64,000 nt of DNA from an uncultured Clostridia bacterium (GCA_944360115.1 CALVTH010000002.1:6853-70852); one strand, 5' to 3'; positions 1-10,018 are shown, counted from the first letter of the stretch. Numbers and translations: made by a program. Notes: generated from the letters alone by a model not told the origin.

Positions 1-592
1 GACCCATCTTTTCGATTTCCTCGCCGATGACCATGGCGTAGGAAGGCGTGCAGGCAAGCGCCGTCGCACCGAAATCCTTGATGAGCGTAATCTGTCTCAT
101 GGTGTTGCCCGCCGACGCGGGGACGGTCATGGAGCCGAGTTTCTCGGAGCCGTAATGCAGTCCGAGACCGCCCGTGAACAATCCGTAGCCGTAGGACACA
201 TGGACGATGTCGTTCTTGTCGCAACCCGCCATGACGAGCGCGCGTGCGGCGCACTCCGCCCAGTCGTCGATGTCGCGGTTGGTGAGCCCGACGACGGTGA
301 GTTTGCCCGTGGTGCCGCTGGACGCGTGCACGCGGCTGATTTCGCTCTTGGGCAGCGCGAAACATCCGAAAGGATAATTGGCGCGCAGGTCGGCTTTGGT
401 GGTGAAAGGCAGTTTGTCGATGTCCTCGATACCCTTGATGTCGCCGGGAAGCAAACCTATGGCGTCCATTTTGGCGCGGTAATAAGGCGCGCCTTCGTAC
501 ATCCTCTTCACCACATCGACAAGTCGCGCCGACTGCAATGCGGTCATCTCGTCGCGGGACATGGTCTCGTGCTTTTCGTCGTAATATCTCAT
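1..592 (-). CDS. paaK: phenylacetate-CoA ligase (PaaK family), N-terminal part; gene runs off the left edge
   Basis: Not in the ORF track because no stop lies in the window. Manual translation from ATG 590-592 gives MRYYDEKHETMSRDEMTALQSARLVDVVKRMYEGAPYYRAKMDAIGL...RVHASSGTTGKLTVVG with the AMP-binding SSGTTGK motif. It has an ATGA overlap with the iorB stop and follows the classic iorA-iorB-paaK order. Confidence 0.8.
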   Translation of the reverse strand, partial: MRYYDEKHETMSRDEMTALQSARLVDVVKRMYEGAPYYRAKMDAIGLLPGDIKGIEDIDKLPFTTKADLRANYPFGCFALPKSEISRVHASSGTTGKLTVVGLTNRDIDDWAECAARALVMAGCDKNDIVHVSYGYGLFTGGLGLHYGSEKLGSMTVPASAGNTMRQITLIKDFGATALACTPSYAMVIGEEIEKMG

Positions 593-1170
593 TTTTCCTC
601 CTCGTAGGCGTACCCTCTTTCGAGCGCGACGCGGTTGACTTCGTAAAGTTTGGGTTTGACGGTGGCTTTGAGCGCGGCGTCTATCGCCTCGAACGGCACG
701 CCAAGACTGCGCGCAAGCGCGCCTATCATGACGACATTGACGGTCTTGAGGTTGCCTATCTCCTCGGCAACCGCCGCGGCGTCGACGGCGATGACCTTGC
801 CCGCGCGGGCCTTGAGTTCGCCGATGATGTTTTCGGGGTACTTTCTCGCGCCCGTGATAACGGGCATGGGCAGTATCTGCTGAGTGTTGACGACCACCGT
901 GCCGCCCTTTTTCAGGAAATCGGTATAACGCAGGGCTTCCAGTTCCTCGAAAGCCAGAATGATGTCCGCATCGCCCAGTCCGACTATGGGACTGGTGACC
1001 TCGGGCGCGATTTTGACATGCGTGACGACGCTGCCGCCGCGCTGAGACATGCCGTGCACCTCGCTGAGTTTGCAGTCGCTGCCCTCGCCCTCGGCAAGCG
1101 CGCCGAGAATACGGGAAGCCAGCAATGTGCCCTGTCCGCCCACACCGACAATCAGAATGTTGCTTTTCAT
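589..1170 (-). CDS. iorB: indolepyruvate ferredoxin oxidoreductase, beta subunit
   Basis: C-terminal 193 aa of track ORF 589..2193, starting at internal ATG 1168-1170 (MKSNILIVGVGGQGTLLASRILG...). 4-nt overlap with the iorA stop. The upstream part of the track ORF is an R/G-rich frame overlapping iorA. Confidence 0.85.
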   Translation of the reverse strand: MKSNILIVGVGGQGTLLASRILGALAEGEGSDCKLSEVHGMSQRGGSVVTHVKIAPEVTSPIVGLGDADIILAFEELEALRYTDFLKKGGTVVVNTQQILPMPVITGARKYPENIIGELKARAGKVIAVDAAAVAEEIGNLKTVNVVMIGALARSLGVPFEAIDAALKATVKPKLYEVNRVALERGYAYEEEK

Positions 1171-2888
1171 TTTCTGCCCTCCTTGATTGCGCCGAAACGG
1201 CAAACCTTGGCGCACAGTCCGCAACCCACGCAAAGAGCGGGGTTGATTTTCGCCGAGCCGTCCGCCTGCTTCTCGATTGCGGGGCAACCGAGACGGAAGC
1301 ACATTCCGCACCTCCTGCAATCCTCCACCGTGCAGGCGGGAGGATAGTTGCGGTCGAGCAACGCGCAGGGGCGTTTGGCAACGATGACGGACACTCCGTC
1401 GCGTGCGGTCTCTTCCCTGATGATTTTCTCGAGGTCGGCAAGGTCGTAGCTGTCCGTGACCCTCACGCTGTCGCACCCCACCGTCTTGCAAAGCGCGACG
1501 ATGTCGAGAATCTTGGCAGGCTCCTGCTTGAGGGTCAGCCCCGTTGCAGGGTGCTGCTGATGACCCGTCATACCCGTGGTGGAATTGTCCAGAATGATGA
1601 GCGTGATGTTGCTCTTGTTGTACACGGCGTTGATGAGCCCCGTTATGCCGCTGTGAATGAAAGTGCTGTCGCCGATGACGGCAACGGTCTTCTGCGACTG
1701 CTCTCTTCCGCGCGCCTTCTCGAAGCCGTGGGCGATACCCACGCTGGCGCCCATGCACACCACGGTGTCGACTGCGGCAAGCGGCGGCTGTGCGCCGAGG
1801 GTGTAGCACCCGATGTCCGCCGACACGGTGAGTTTGAGTTTGTTGAGTATGTAGAACACGCCGCGGTGCGGGCACCCCGCGCACATCACGGGCGGGCGCA
1901 CGGGCAAATCCTTCTTTTCGGTCTCGACCTTGACGCCGAGCAGTTTCTCCTTGATGATTGCGGTGGAAAACTCGCCTTGCAGGGAGAAGATGTTCTTGCC
2001 CTCGCAGGCGATACCCTCCGCCTTGAGAGTGTCTTCGATGAACGGCTCGAGTTCCTCGACGACCACGAGGCGTTTGACCTTCCCGGCAAATTCCCTGACC
2101 TTGCCGAGCGCGACGGGATAGACGATGCCGAGTTTCAGCACCGAAGCCTCGGGCAACGCTTCGCGGACATACTGATACACCACGCCCGAGCACACCACGC
2201 CGAGGGAATCGTCCCTCATCTCCTCGCGCACGATGTCGAAGCCGTCGACATCAGCGGCGAGTCTCTTCTCGCGCGCCTCGACGACGATGTGTCTGCCTAT
2301 TGCGGAAGACGGCATCATGGTGTACTTGGTCACATCCTTGACATAATCGCGGAGCGGCACATCCTCTCTGTCCGCCGTCTCGACGAAACTCTGCGAGTGC
2401 GCAAGACGGGTCGTCGTCCTCACGATGACGGGAGTGTCGTACTTCTCGGACAGCTCGAACGCCATTTTGGTGAAATCTTTGGCTTCCTGACTGTCCGCCG
2501 GCTCGAGGAGGGGCAGGTGCGCGCTGCGCGCATAGAATCTCGTATCCTGCTCGTTCTGGGAACTGTGCATACCGGGGTCGTCGGCGGCGAGTATGACCAG
2601 CCCGCCGTTGACGCCGGTGTAAGCCGCCGTGAACATGGGGTCGGCGGCGACATTGACGCCGACATGCTTCATGCACGCCATGCAACGCGCGCCCGCTATC
2701 GACGCGCCGACAGCCACCTCGAGAGCCACCTTTTCGTTGGGCGCCCACTCGGCGTACACTTCGTCGTAGCCCGCGATACATTCACTGACTTCGGTGGACG
2801 GCGTGCCGGGATATGCGGAGACCACTCTCACTCCCGCTTCGTATGCGCCGCGCGCCACCGCTTCGTTGCCAAGCATAAGTTTTCTCAT
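1167..2888 (-). CDS. iorA: indolepyruvate ferredoxin oxidoreductase, alpha subunit
   Basis: Track ORF 1167..2933 trimmed to ATG 2886-2888 (MRKLMLGNEAVARGAYEAGV), preceded by the SD GGAAAGGAAG. Carries the TPP motif GDSTFIHSG and C-terminal CRRCGMC / CVGCGLC ferredoxin-type cysteine motifs. Confidence 0.9.
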   Translation of the reverse strand: MRKLMLGNEAVARGAYEAGVRVVSAYPGTPSTEVSECIAGYDEVYAEWAPNEKVALEVAVGASIAGARCMACMKHVGVNVAADPMFTAAYTGVNGGLVILAADDPGMHSSQNEQDTRFYARSAHLPLLEPADSQEAKDFTKMAFELSEKYDTPVIVRTTTRLAHSQSFVETADREDVPLRDYVKDVTKYTMMPSSAIGRHIVVEAREKRLAADVDGFDIVREEMRDDSLGVVCSGVVYQYVREALPEASVLKLGIVYPVALGKVREFAGKVKRLVVVEELEPFIEDTLKAEGIACEGKNIFSLQGEFSTAIIKEKLLGVKVETEKKDLPVRPPVMCAGCPHRGVFYILNKLKLTVSADIGCYTLGAQPPLAAVDTVVCMGASVGIAHGFEKARGREQSQKTVAVIGDSTFIHSGITGLINAVYNKSNITLIILDNSTTGMTGHQQHPATGLTLKQEPAKILDIVALCKTVGCDSVRVTDSYDLADLEKIIREETARDGVSVIVAKRPCALLDRNYPPACTVEDCRRCGMCFRLGCPAIEKQADGSAKINPALCVGCGLCAKVCRFGAIKEGRK

Positions 2889-2986
2889 ATTTCTTCCTTT
2901 CCTTAAACCGCATAACCGCGGTTTATCCGTCATTTTGTCGTGTTAAAATCGACTTTTGCGAAAATCCGTCCTGCCGACGCGCGCCG

Positions 2987-4627
2987 TCAGCGCGTGACCT
3001 GCGCTTCGACGAGCGGCTCCGCGCCGCAATACTTTTCGCGGAGTTTGGGCTTCTCTATCTTGCCCGTCGCGTTGCGCGGCACCTTGTCGAATATGATTCT
3101 GCGCGGGCGCTTGTAGCGCGGGAGCGCGTTGCAGAATTCGGCAAGCCGCTCTTCCGTCCAGTCGGAATATTCGGGCTTGAGTTCGACTATCGCCGCCGCG
3201 ATTTCGCCCAGTCGCGCGTCGGGCAAACCTATGACCGCCACATCGCGCACCGCCATGCACGAGCGGATGAAATCCTCGATCTGCACGGGGTACAGGTTCT
3301 CCCCTCCCGTGATGATGACATCCTTCTTTCTGTCGACGAGGTAGATGAATCCCTCCTCGTCCTCGCGCGCCATGTCGCCCGTGTAGAGCCAGCCGTCCTC
3401 CAGCACATCCGCGGTGGCTTTCTCGTCCTTGTAGTAGCACACCATGACCCCGTCGCCCTTGACGGCAAGTTCGCCCACTTCGCCGCGCGGCACCACGCGG
3501 TGATGTTCGTCGGTTATCTTGGTCTGCCAGCCGTAGCCCGCCACGCCTATTGCGCCCACTTTGCGGATGTTCTCCACGCCGAGGTGCACGCAACCGGGAC
3601 CTATGCTTTCGCTCAGTCCGTAGTTGGTGTCGTACTCGTGCGACGGGAATACCTTCTTCCACCTCTGTATGAGGCTCGGGGGCACGGGCTGAGCGCCTAT
3701 GTGCATAAGCCGCCACGCCGACAGGTCGTAGTCGGCGAGATTGATTTCGCCGTTGTCTATGGCGTCGAGAATATCCTGCGCCCACGGCACGAGCAACCAC
3801 ACTATGCTCGCCTTCTCGTCGGACGCCGCGCCCAGAATCCAGCGCGGAGAAACGCCCTTCAGCAACACGGCTTTGCTGCCGCTGACCAACGACCCGAACC
3901 AGTGCATTTTCGCGCCCGTGTGATAGAGGGGCGGTATGCAGAGAAAGACATCGTCGCGCTGTTGCGAATGGTGTTTCTGTTCGGTTATCGCGGCGCGCAT
4001 AAGCGCTTTGTGGCGGTGCAGAATGGCTTTCGGGAAGCCCGTCGTGCCGCTGGAGAAATATATCGCCGCATAGTCCTCGTCGTCCGGTTTTATGTCGGGA
4101 CGCTCGGGCGACGCGCTCTCCGTCAGCAGTTCGTAACTGTCGGCGAATGTCGGGCAATCCTCACCCACGAACAACATTCCGCGCACCTTGTCCAGTTCGC
4201 CGAACACCGTCTCCACTCGCCCTATGAATTCCTTACCGAAGACCAGCACCGACACATCGGCGAGGTCGAGACAATATTTGATTTCGTCTGCGGTGTAACG
4301 GTAGTTGAGGGGCACCGCGATGGCGCCCGCCTTGAGTATTCCGAAATATATCGGCAGCCACTCGAGACAGTTCATGAGCAGTATGCCCACCTTCTCTCCC
4401 CTCTCCACGCCTTTGGACAACAGGAGACTGGCGAATCTGTTCGCCCGCTCGTCAAACTGTTTCCATGTCATTTCGCGGCGGTGTTCCTCGTAAGGAGTTA
4501 CCTCGACGAGGGAATAGTCCTTCCATGTGAGGGCGTGCTTTTCCTTGAGTTCGGGGTTTATCTCGACGAGACAGACTTCGTCTCCGAAGTTGTCCGCATT
4601 GTGCACCAAAAAGTCCGTAATCGGCAT
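2987..4627 (-). CDS. AMP-dependent acyl-CoA synthetase/ligase (class I adenylate-forming enzyme)
   Basis: 546 aa with YFSSGTTGFPKAI (A3 motif), YTGDMAREDEEGFIYLVDRKKDVIITGGENLYP (A8) and a C-terminal PRNATGKIEK lysine motif. Confidence 0.85.
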   Translation of the reverse strand: MPITDFLVHNADNFGDEVCLVEINPELKEKHALTWKDYSLVEVTPYEEHRREMTWKQFDERANRFASLLLSKGVERGEKVGILLMNCLEWLPIYFGILKAGAIAVPLNYRYTADEIKYCLDLADVSVLVFGKEFIGRVETVFGELDKVRGMLFVGEDCPTFADSYELLTESASPERPDIKPDDEDYAAIYFSSGTTGFPKAILHRHKALMRAAITEQKHHSQQRDDVFLCIPPLYHTGAKMHWFGSLVSGSKAVLLKGVSPRWILGAASDEKASIVWLLVPWAQDILDAIDNGEINLADYDLSAWRLMHIGAQPVPPSLIQRWKKVFPSHEYDTNYGLSESIGPGCVHLGVENIRKVGAIGVAGYGWQTKITDEHHRVVPRGEVGELAVKGDGVMVCYYKDEKATADVLEDGWLYTGDMAREDEEGFIYLVDRKKDVIITGGENLYPVQIEDFIRSCMAVRDVAVIGLPDARLGEIAAAIVELKPEYSDWTEERLAEFCNALPRYKRPRRIIFDKVPRNATGKIEKPKLREKYCGAEPLVEAQVTR

Positions 4628-4645
4628 TTTATCTCTCCGACGGCT

Positions 4646-6838
4646 TCAGCCGCGCTTGTAGTAGTTGATGAGGCACCCGTCGGCGACGATTTGCTTTTCG
4701 GTGTCGGTGAGTGCGTCCATGGTCAGGGTGATGTCGCGGATTTCCCCGCCGCGCACGAGCAACGCGGGGAAGACCTTTGCGCCGCTCTCCACAAGCGCAC
4801 GCGCGCCTTTCACCAGCACTATGTCGCCGAGTTCGAACTCGTCGTCGGCGTCGAGGAGGGGCAGCATACCCCAGTTGATAAGGTTACTGCGGTAGCGCTT
4901 GGTGGCGTACTCGCGGGCGATGTTGGCGGCGCCGCCGAGGAAACGCTGACAGCTCGCCGCCTGTTCACGCGCACTGCCGTCGCCGGGTTTGACGGCGAAC
5001 ACCGCGCTGCCCACGGTGAATCCGCCTGCGATACCGCTCTTTTCTATCGCCGCATACACATCGGCGTTATCGCCGTCGCGCACCGCCTTGGAGCGCCCGA
5101 CATACGCGGGGTCCTTTCTCGACAGCGCGAACTCGGCAAGACGGAGAGGATTGCTGCGATAGGAGGAAGTCTCGCCCGAAGGTATGAGTTCGTCCGTAGT
5201 GGTCACGGGGTCGTTGATGACGGAACAGATTTTGAGGGCGAGGTTTTCCTTCAACGGTTCGATTGCGGGGATGTCGGTGATGTTGGGACCGTACACGAGG
5301 TCGGCGGAAGGCTCCGCCTTACCCCAGCCGTTGTAGACGCGGGAAGCGTACGGTTTGCCGTCGTAGACGAAATCGGGGATTGTCTCGTCGTAATCCGCGC
5401 CGAGCGCCGAAGTCAGCACGCCGCCCGCAGCCGCCGTTGCCGCAATGGAACGCGCGTCCATAAGCGCGACGGAAGCAATCTGCCCTTCCGAGGGCTTGGA
5501 GCCTTCCCTGCGCTCGAAGTTGCGCGTGGTGTGACGGACGGAGAAGCCGTTGTTGCAAGGCACATCGCCCGCACCGAAGCAGGGACCGCAGAAACAGGGT
5601 TTGAGCACCGCGCCGCTTTCCATGAGCGAAGCCGCCGCGCCGCACCTGACGAGCGCGAGATTTGCGGGTTGAGACCCGGGATACACCGTAAGGTTAAACG
5701 CGCCCGCGCCCGTGCTCCTGCCGCGCAGTATGTTGGCGGCGGTCACGATGTTGTCGTAGGTGCCGCCCGCGCAACCTGCGATGACGCCCTGCGACACCAC
5801 CACTTTGCCGTCCTTGATTTTGTCGGTGAGACGGAAAGCGCCCGAGGGCAGTCCGAGCAGTTCGCAGCCCTCTTTCTCCGCCTGTCCCAGCACATCGTGG
5901 GGCGCGGCGATGACATCCGCGAGCTTGTAGACATTGGAGGGATGGAAAGGCAGGGCTATCATGGGCTCCACCTTGCCGAGGTCGATTCTCACCGCCGCGT
6001 CGTAAAGCGCGCCCGCCTCGGGAGCAATCTTCCTGTATTCGTCGCCGCGACCGTATGCGGTGAGATAATCGCGCACCTTGTCGTCCGTCGTCCACACGGA
6101 GGAAAGGCAGGCACTCTCGGTGGTCATGACATCTATGCCGTTCCTGTACTCGACGGGGAGCGCGGATATGCCCTCTCCCACGAATTCGAGGACGGCGTTC
6201 TTGACGAAACCTTTCTTGAATGTCGCGCCGATGAGTGCGAGAGCGACATCCTGAGGACCGACGCCGCGGCGCACCTTGCCGACCAGTTCGACGGCGATGA
6301 CGCGGGGATAATTTATGTCGTATGTACGGCGAAGCAGCTGTTTGACGAGTTCGGGACCGCCCTCGCCCACCGCCATGGTGCCCAGCGCGCCGTAGCGGGT
6401 GTGGCTGTCGGAGCCGAGTATCATCTTGCCGGGCGCGGCAAACATTTCACGCATAAAGCTGTGAATGACGGCGAGGTTTGCGGGCACATAAATGCCGCCG
6501 TATTTCCTTGCGGCGGACAGCCCGAAAACATGGTCGTCCTCGTTTATCGTGCCGCCTACGGCGCACAGGCTGTTGTGGCAGTTGGTGAGGACATACGGCA
6601 GGGGGAAACGGTCGAGACCGCTCGCGCGCGCCGACTGGATTATGCCGACATAGGTTATGTCGTGAGACGCCATTGCGTCGAAACGCAACCTGAGCGCGGA
6701 AGAGTCGCCCGAGGTGTTGTGCGCGGCGATAATGCCGTGCGCCATGGTCTTGTCGGCGGAGACTTCGCCGCGGAAAGCGTCGCGGGCGACGAGAGTTTTC
6801 CCGTCCCAGCACATTTGTTCATCGAAAAGTCTAATCAT
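4646..6838 (-). CDS. aconitase-family hydratase (putative aconitate hydratase-like Fe-S dehydratase)
   Basis: 730 aa with aconitase-type cluster motifs GSDSHT, GCAGGTYDN and CGPCFG, plus a C-terminal swivel-like domain. SD GAGG lies 6 nt before the ATG. Confidence 0.8.
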   Translation of the reverse strand: MIRLFDEQMCWDGKTLVARDAFRGEVSADKTMAHGIIAAHNTSGDSSALRLRFDAMASHDITYVGIIQSARASGLDRFPLPYVLTNCHNSLCAVGGTINEDDHVFGLSAARKYGGIYVPANLAVIHSFMREMFAAPGKMILGSDSHTRYGALGTMAVGEGGPELVKQLLRRTYDINYPRVIAVELVGKVRRGVGPQDVALALIGATFKKGFVKNAVLEFVGEGISALPVEYRNGIDVMTTESACLSSVWTTDDKVRDYLTAYGRGDEYRKIAPEAGALYDAAVRIDLGKVEPMIALPFHPSNVYKLADVIAAPHDVLGQAEKEGCELLGLPSGAFRLTDKIKDGKVVVSQGVIAGCAGGTYDNIVTAANILRGRSTGAGAFNLTVYPGSQPANLALVRCGAAASLMESGAVLKPCFCGPCFGAGDVPCNNGFSVRHTTRNFERREGSKPSEGQIASVALMDARSIAATAAAGGVLTSALGADYDETIPDFVYDGKPYASRVYNGWGKAEPSADLVYGPNITDIPAIEPLKENLALKICSVINDPVTTTDELIPSGETSSYRSNPLRLAEFALSRKDPAYVGRSKAVRDGDNADVYAAIEKSGIAGGFTVGSAVFAVKPGDGSAREQAASCQRFLGGAANIAREYATKRYRSNLINWGMLPLLDADDEFELGDIVLVKGARALVESGAKVFPALLVRGGEIRDITLTMDALTDTEKQIVADGCLINYYKRG

Positions 6839-6858
6839 AATAACCTCGTACGAGGGAG

Positions 6859-6887
6859 ATTATATCGCAGGCGCGCGTAATAGTCAA
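6859..6887 (-). promoter_or_regulatory. sigma-A-type promoter of the aconitase-family gene: TTGACT-17-TATAAT
   Basis: Read on the minus strand: TTGACT (6882-6887), an exact 17-nt spacer, TATAAT (6859-6864). It lies about 20 nt upstream of ATG 6838. Confidence 0.7.
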
Positions 6888-6890
6888 CGG

Positions 6891-6917
6891 GAAACCCGCG
6901 CCGCGGCGCGGGAAAAA
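6891..6917 (-). terminator. hairpin after the DUF2156/GNAT gene (possible intrinsic terminator)
   Basis: An 18-nt GC palindrome CCCGCGCCGCGGCGCGGG (6895-6912), flanked by TTTTT and TTT on the minus strand. The T-tract after the stem is short. Confidence 0.5.
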
Positions 6918-6920
6918 CCG

Positions 6921-8393
6921 TCATATTTCGCGCGTGAGATACGAGAAAGTGTATTCCCCGCAACTGCGGGTGACGCGGAGCGAAAAGCCCAGTTTGCCGA
7001 GATTGGAGAGCGAGGGCGCGTTGTCGAACTGCACCACGGCGCACAGCGTCGCGGGAGCGAGCGCCTCCGCCGCCTTTTTCAGCACATACGAGCACAGCCG
7101 CGAACTCAGCCCCAGACCGCGGTAGCGCGCCGCCGTCATAATGCCGCTGAATTCGTAATATTTTTCACCCGCCGCGCCGCATATCTCGGCAAGTCTGCCC
7201 GCATATTCCTCGTCGGTGTCGTACGCGCAGGTCGCCGCAAGCCGCCCGCCTATGAAGGCGCCGTACATTCCGCCGCCCTCGAGCACGCCGTGCAATTCCT
7301 CCTCCGTATAATTGAGGAAAAAGAGTTTATCGGGCAACGCTTCCCTCTCCTCGCAAAGGAAGGAATACACCTCGTCGAAGTCGGCGTCGGTGAGCTGTCT
7401 TATCCGATAGCCGCTCGCCGCGAGGATACGCTCCTTTGCCCCTTTCGGCAATTTCCTTTCCGTCCGCCCCGTGCGTTCCTTGTAACACTCGGAATACGCA
7501 ACGGCGGGTTTAAGCACGAATTTGTCAAGCAGAAGTGCGGGATAGTAACTCAACTTGGATTTTCTCAATCCCGCCATGCCCATATCCTCCTGCCTGTTGA
7601 GATAGCGACAGCCGGTGAAATGCCGAGCGGCGAATTCGTGCGCGAGGAAGGAATACACCCCCTCGTAGGAAGCGTCGGCTTTCTCGTACATTTCTATTGC
7701 CACGCCCGACGGAGAGATTTCGCCGATTGCTATCCCCGCCATTTTGCCGTCCACGCGCAGCACATCGCACACCAGTTTGCCCCGCTCCGCGGCGTCAAGC
7801 CAGCCGCGCACGATGTTTCTCTCGCGCTCGGCGTTCACGCGTTCCTTTTCGTCGAATTTCTTGGACGCCAGCCACGCGTCCTCGAACGCCGCGATTTCCG
7901 CGTCGTCGGCACGCTTGTAGGGCGACATCTCGTAGCGGTAGGATTTTTCGAACTTGGCGATGTGATTGCGTTTTGCGTGATAGCGCTTGCCTTCCAGCGC
8001 GACGAAATCGGCGACATCGTAGATGTATTCCGCCCAGTCGCGGTTGGTCAGCACGAAAAATCCTCCGTATGTCTCGTTGACGAATTGTTCCGTGCAGAAA
8101 GCGAACATCGAGTCGTCGGGAAGGGCGAGCGCCGCCTGCTCGGGAGTCAGGCTCGCGCCTGCGCGCACAAGCGGCGGCCAGTAATAGGTCTCCCCGTCCA
8201 TGACGCACCTGAGATACAACACATCGCCTTTTACGAGGTATTCTCCCTTGTCGAACCAGCTGAGAAAGGCGTAATAGGAATAGTCGCTGCCGAGATAATC
8301 GGAATCTTTCAGAAAATCGGCGAGTATGCCTTCCAGTTCGGGACCGAACGGCAAAAACGAGGAAAGTTCTGTTGCGGAAAGGCTGTCATGCAT
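6921..8393 (-). CDS. DUF2156 (LPG_synthase_C-like, aminoacyl-tRNA transferase fold) protein fused to a C-terminal GNAT domain
   Basis: 490 aa. The N-terminal ~300 aa carry the DUF2156 signatures SDYSYYAFLSW, EGKRYHAKRNHIAKFEKSY and NRQEDMGMAGLRKSKLSYYP. The C-terminal ~170 aa are GNAT-like (ARYRGLGLSSRLCSYVLKKA). Confidence 0.75.
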   Translation of the reverse strand: MHDSLSATELSSFLPFGPELEGILADFLKDSDYLGSDYSYYAFLSWFDKGEYLVKGDVLYLRCVMDGETYYWPPLVRAGASLTPEQAALALPDDSMFAFCTEQFVNETYGGFFVLTNRDWAEYIYDVADFVALEGKRYHAKRNHIAKFEKSYRYEMSPYKRADDAEIAAFEDAWLASKKFDEKERVNAERERNIVRGWLDAAERGKLVCDVLRVDGKMAGIAIGEISPSGVAIEMYEKADASYEGVYSFLAHEFAARHFTGCRYLNRQEDMGMAGLRKSKLSYYPALLLDKFVLKPAVAYSECYKERTGRTERKLPKGAKERILAASGYRIRQLTDADFDEVYSFLCEEREALPDKLFFLNYTEEELHGVLEGGGMYGAFIGGRLAATCAYDTDEEYAGRLAEICGAAGEKYYEFSGIMTAARYRGLGLSSRLCSYVLKKAAEALAPATLCAVVQFDNAPSLSNLGKLGFSLRVTRSCGEYTFSYLTREI

Positions 8394-8426
8394 AAATGTT
8401 TATCCTTCGCGAAATGCGGAACGCCG

Positions 8427-8912
8427 TTATTTCCCGTCGGCGTCCTTGTCCTTGTCGGCGGGCGGCTGAATGTAACGCACCACGGCAAAAGCGCACCTTC
8501 TCTCCAGTTCGTCGAGAATGTCCTTGCTGCGCACCGACGAGAGGTAAAGCCGCAGGTTTGCGGGCGATTTCCCGACGCGGCGGTAGCGCAGGAAAATCTC
8601 GTAGCCGTCCACGGTGACGAAAATCTCTTCCACCTCGTCGTATTCTATCCTGTCGACGAAAACGCCGAACACTATGACGAGTTCGTCGTCGTCGAACTTG
8701 TAGTAACTGTTGAAAAGCAGCAACGCTGCAAACGCCGCAATGAGCGCTCCCGCGACGAGCGACACCCACGCGAGAGCCGTGTTGGATGTGGTGAGCGTGC
8801 TGACGGCGCCCGAAAGCATGACGGAATCGAGAGTGACGACGGCGACTCCGATTGCGACGACCACGGCTATGCACACCGTTTTGACTGCGCCGAAATACAT
8901 CCTGAATTTCAT
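8427..8912 (-). CDS. small membrane protein: two N-terminal TM helices plus a PH-like (YdbS/bPH-type) domain (tentative)
   Basis: 161 aa with two hydrophobic helices, followed by YYKFDDDELVIVFGVFVDRIEYDEVEEIFVTVDGYEIFLRYRR. The ATG overlaps the upstream gene's stop by 4 nt. Confidence 0.6.
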   Translation of the reverse strand: MKFRMYFGAVKTVCIAVVVAIGVAVVTLDSVMLSGAVSTLTTSNTALAWVSLVAGALIAAFAALLLFNSYYKFDDDELVIVFGVFVDRIEYDEVEEIFVTVDGYEIFLRYRRVGKSPANLRLYLSSVRSKDILDELERRCAFAVVRYIQPPADKDKDADGK

Positions 8913-10018
8913 TTGCCGTCCTCTCCGTCCGTCGTTTCCTCGCGCTCTCCGTCACCCGCTTCCGCAGCGTCGCCGCGAGGCGCGTCGAAACGCTCGCGTT
9001 CCTGCTCTTCCCTCTTTTCGAGAGAGGCTTCGGCGGCGTAATTGCCGTAATAGGCGGCGACATCCTCGTCGGCGCGCTGCTGGTTTTCGGTGCGGTAACC
9101 GAATTCAACGGTGTCGACGACGGTGACCGCGTCGGTGTAGAAACTCATGCCGTTCATCTTGTAGTAACCCACCAGTTCGATGAGTCTCATAAGGAAGTAG
9201 TTGATGGACGGCACCACTAACGCGACAAGTCCGAAAGTGGGAATACCGCAGGTCGCGACGAGCATATATGTGGCGAAGTAGGTGATGATAAACGACTTCA
9301 GCAGACCTTTGAAATTGAGTTTGACGCTTCGCAGACTGCGGGAAAACGCCGTGTAGATGTTCTCGTCCTTGTTGAACATCAGCCTGGGCAACCACCCTGC
9401 CACGACTGTGGCGCGTGCCGAGTATCCGAACACGCCGAAAGCCAGCGCCACGGTAAGCGAGAAAAAGCCTATTGCGTTCCAGAGTCCGAAGGCAATGCCG
9501 CAGACTATGGCGGTGACTATCGCGTCAATGGGCACCGTGACGGTGAGACGCGCCGCCGAGAATCTGACGGCTTTCTTGAGGTTCATCGCAATGGACGAAG
9601 CCAGACCTATGCGCATGTTGGAAGACATAAGTTGATTGGCTGCGTAGGCAATCGGATAGTAACATATGCCTACCAGGAAGACATACAGGATATAGAGCGC
9701 TATACAGATGAAAATGAGAGCCGTAAGCAATCCCTGCGAAGCAAGGACGGCGTTCAGGAACGCCTCGAAGTCGGCGGCGACATTGTGCAAAAAGTCCCCC
9801 ACGCCGGTGCTGCCGTCGAGGAAAGCGGATATCTCCCCGCCGATTGCGCCGTAGGCTTCGCTCACGGCCCCGTCTGCGGCGAGCGCGTTGACTGTGGGAA
9901 TAAGCACGGCACAGCCGATTGCCGTGACCACGAGGGCGCATATTACCACCCATAACAACACTTTAAGCACGAATCCCATATTGGAGAACAACAGGGACAG
10001 CGAATATTTGAATTCCAT
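8909..10018 (-). CDS. polytopic membrane protein (about 6 TM), no family recognised, acidic C-terminal tail
   Basis: 369 aa. SD GAGAGGAA precedes ATG 10018. Long hydrophobic segments, and the tail is EKREEQERERFDAPRGDAAEAGDGEREETTDGEDGK. Confidence 0.7.
   Translation of the reverse strand: MEFKYSLSLLFSNMGFVLKVLLWVVICALVVTAIGCAVLIPTVNALAADGAVSEAYGAIGGEISAFLDGSTGVGDFLHNVAADFEAFLNAVLASQGLLTALIFICIALYILYVFLVGICYYPIAYAANQLMSSNMRIGLASSIAMNLKKAVRFSAARLTVTVPIDAIVTAIVCGIAFGLWNAIGFFSLTVALAFGVFGYSARATVVAGWLPRLMFNKDENIYTAFSRSLRSVKLNFKGLLKSFIITYFATYMLVATCGIPTFGLVALVVPSINYFLMRLIELVGYYKMNGMSFYTDAVTVVDTVEFGYRTENQQRADEDVAAYYGNYAAEASLEKREEQERERFDAPRGDAAEAGDGEREETTDGEDGK

Noticed and set aside
3500-6880. 1126-aa plus-strand ORF, the longest in the track. 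Similar long ORFs are 10376..13774, 59753..61930, 32362..34587, 1125..2906, 41378..43393 and 28804..29718.
   Set aside because: All are antisense to, or frame-shifted over, genes with unambiguous family motifs. Their translations are R/A/G/H/V-rich with no recognisable motifs. These are typical shadow ORFs of GC-rich DNA.
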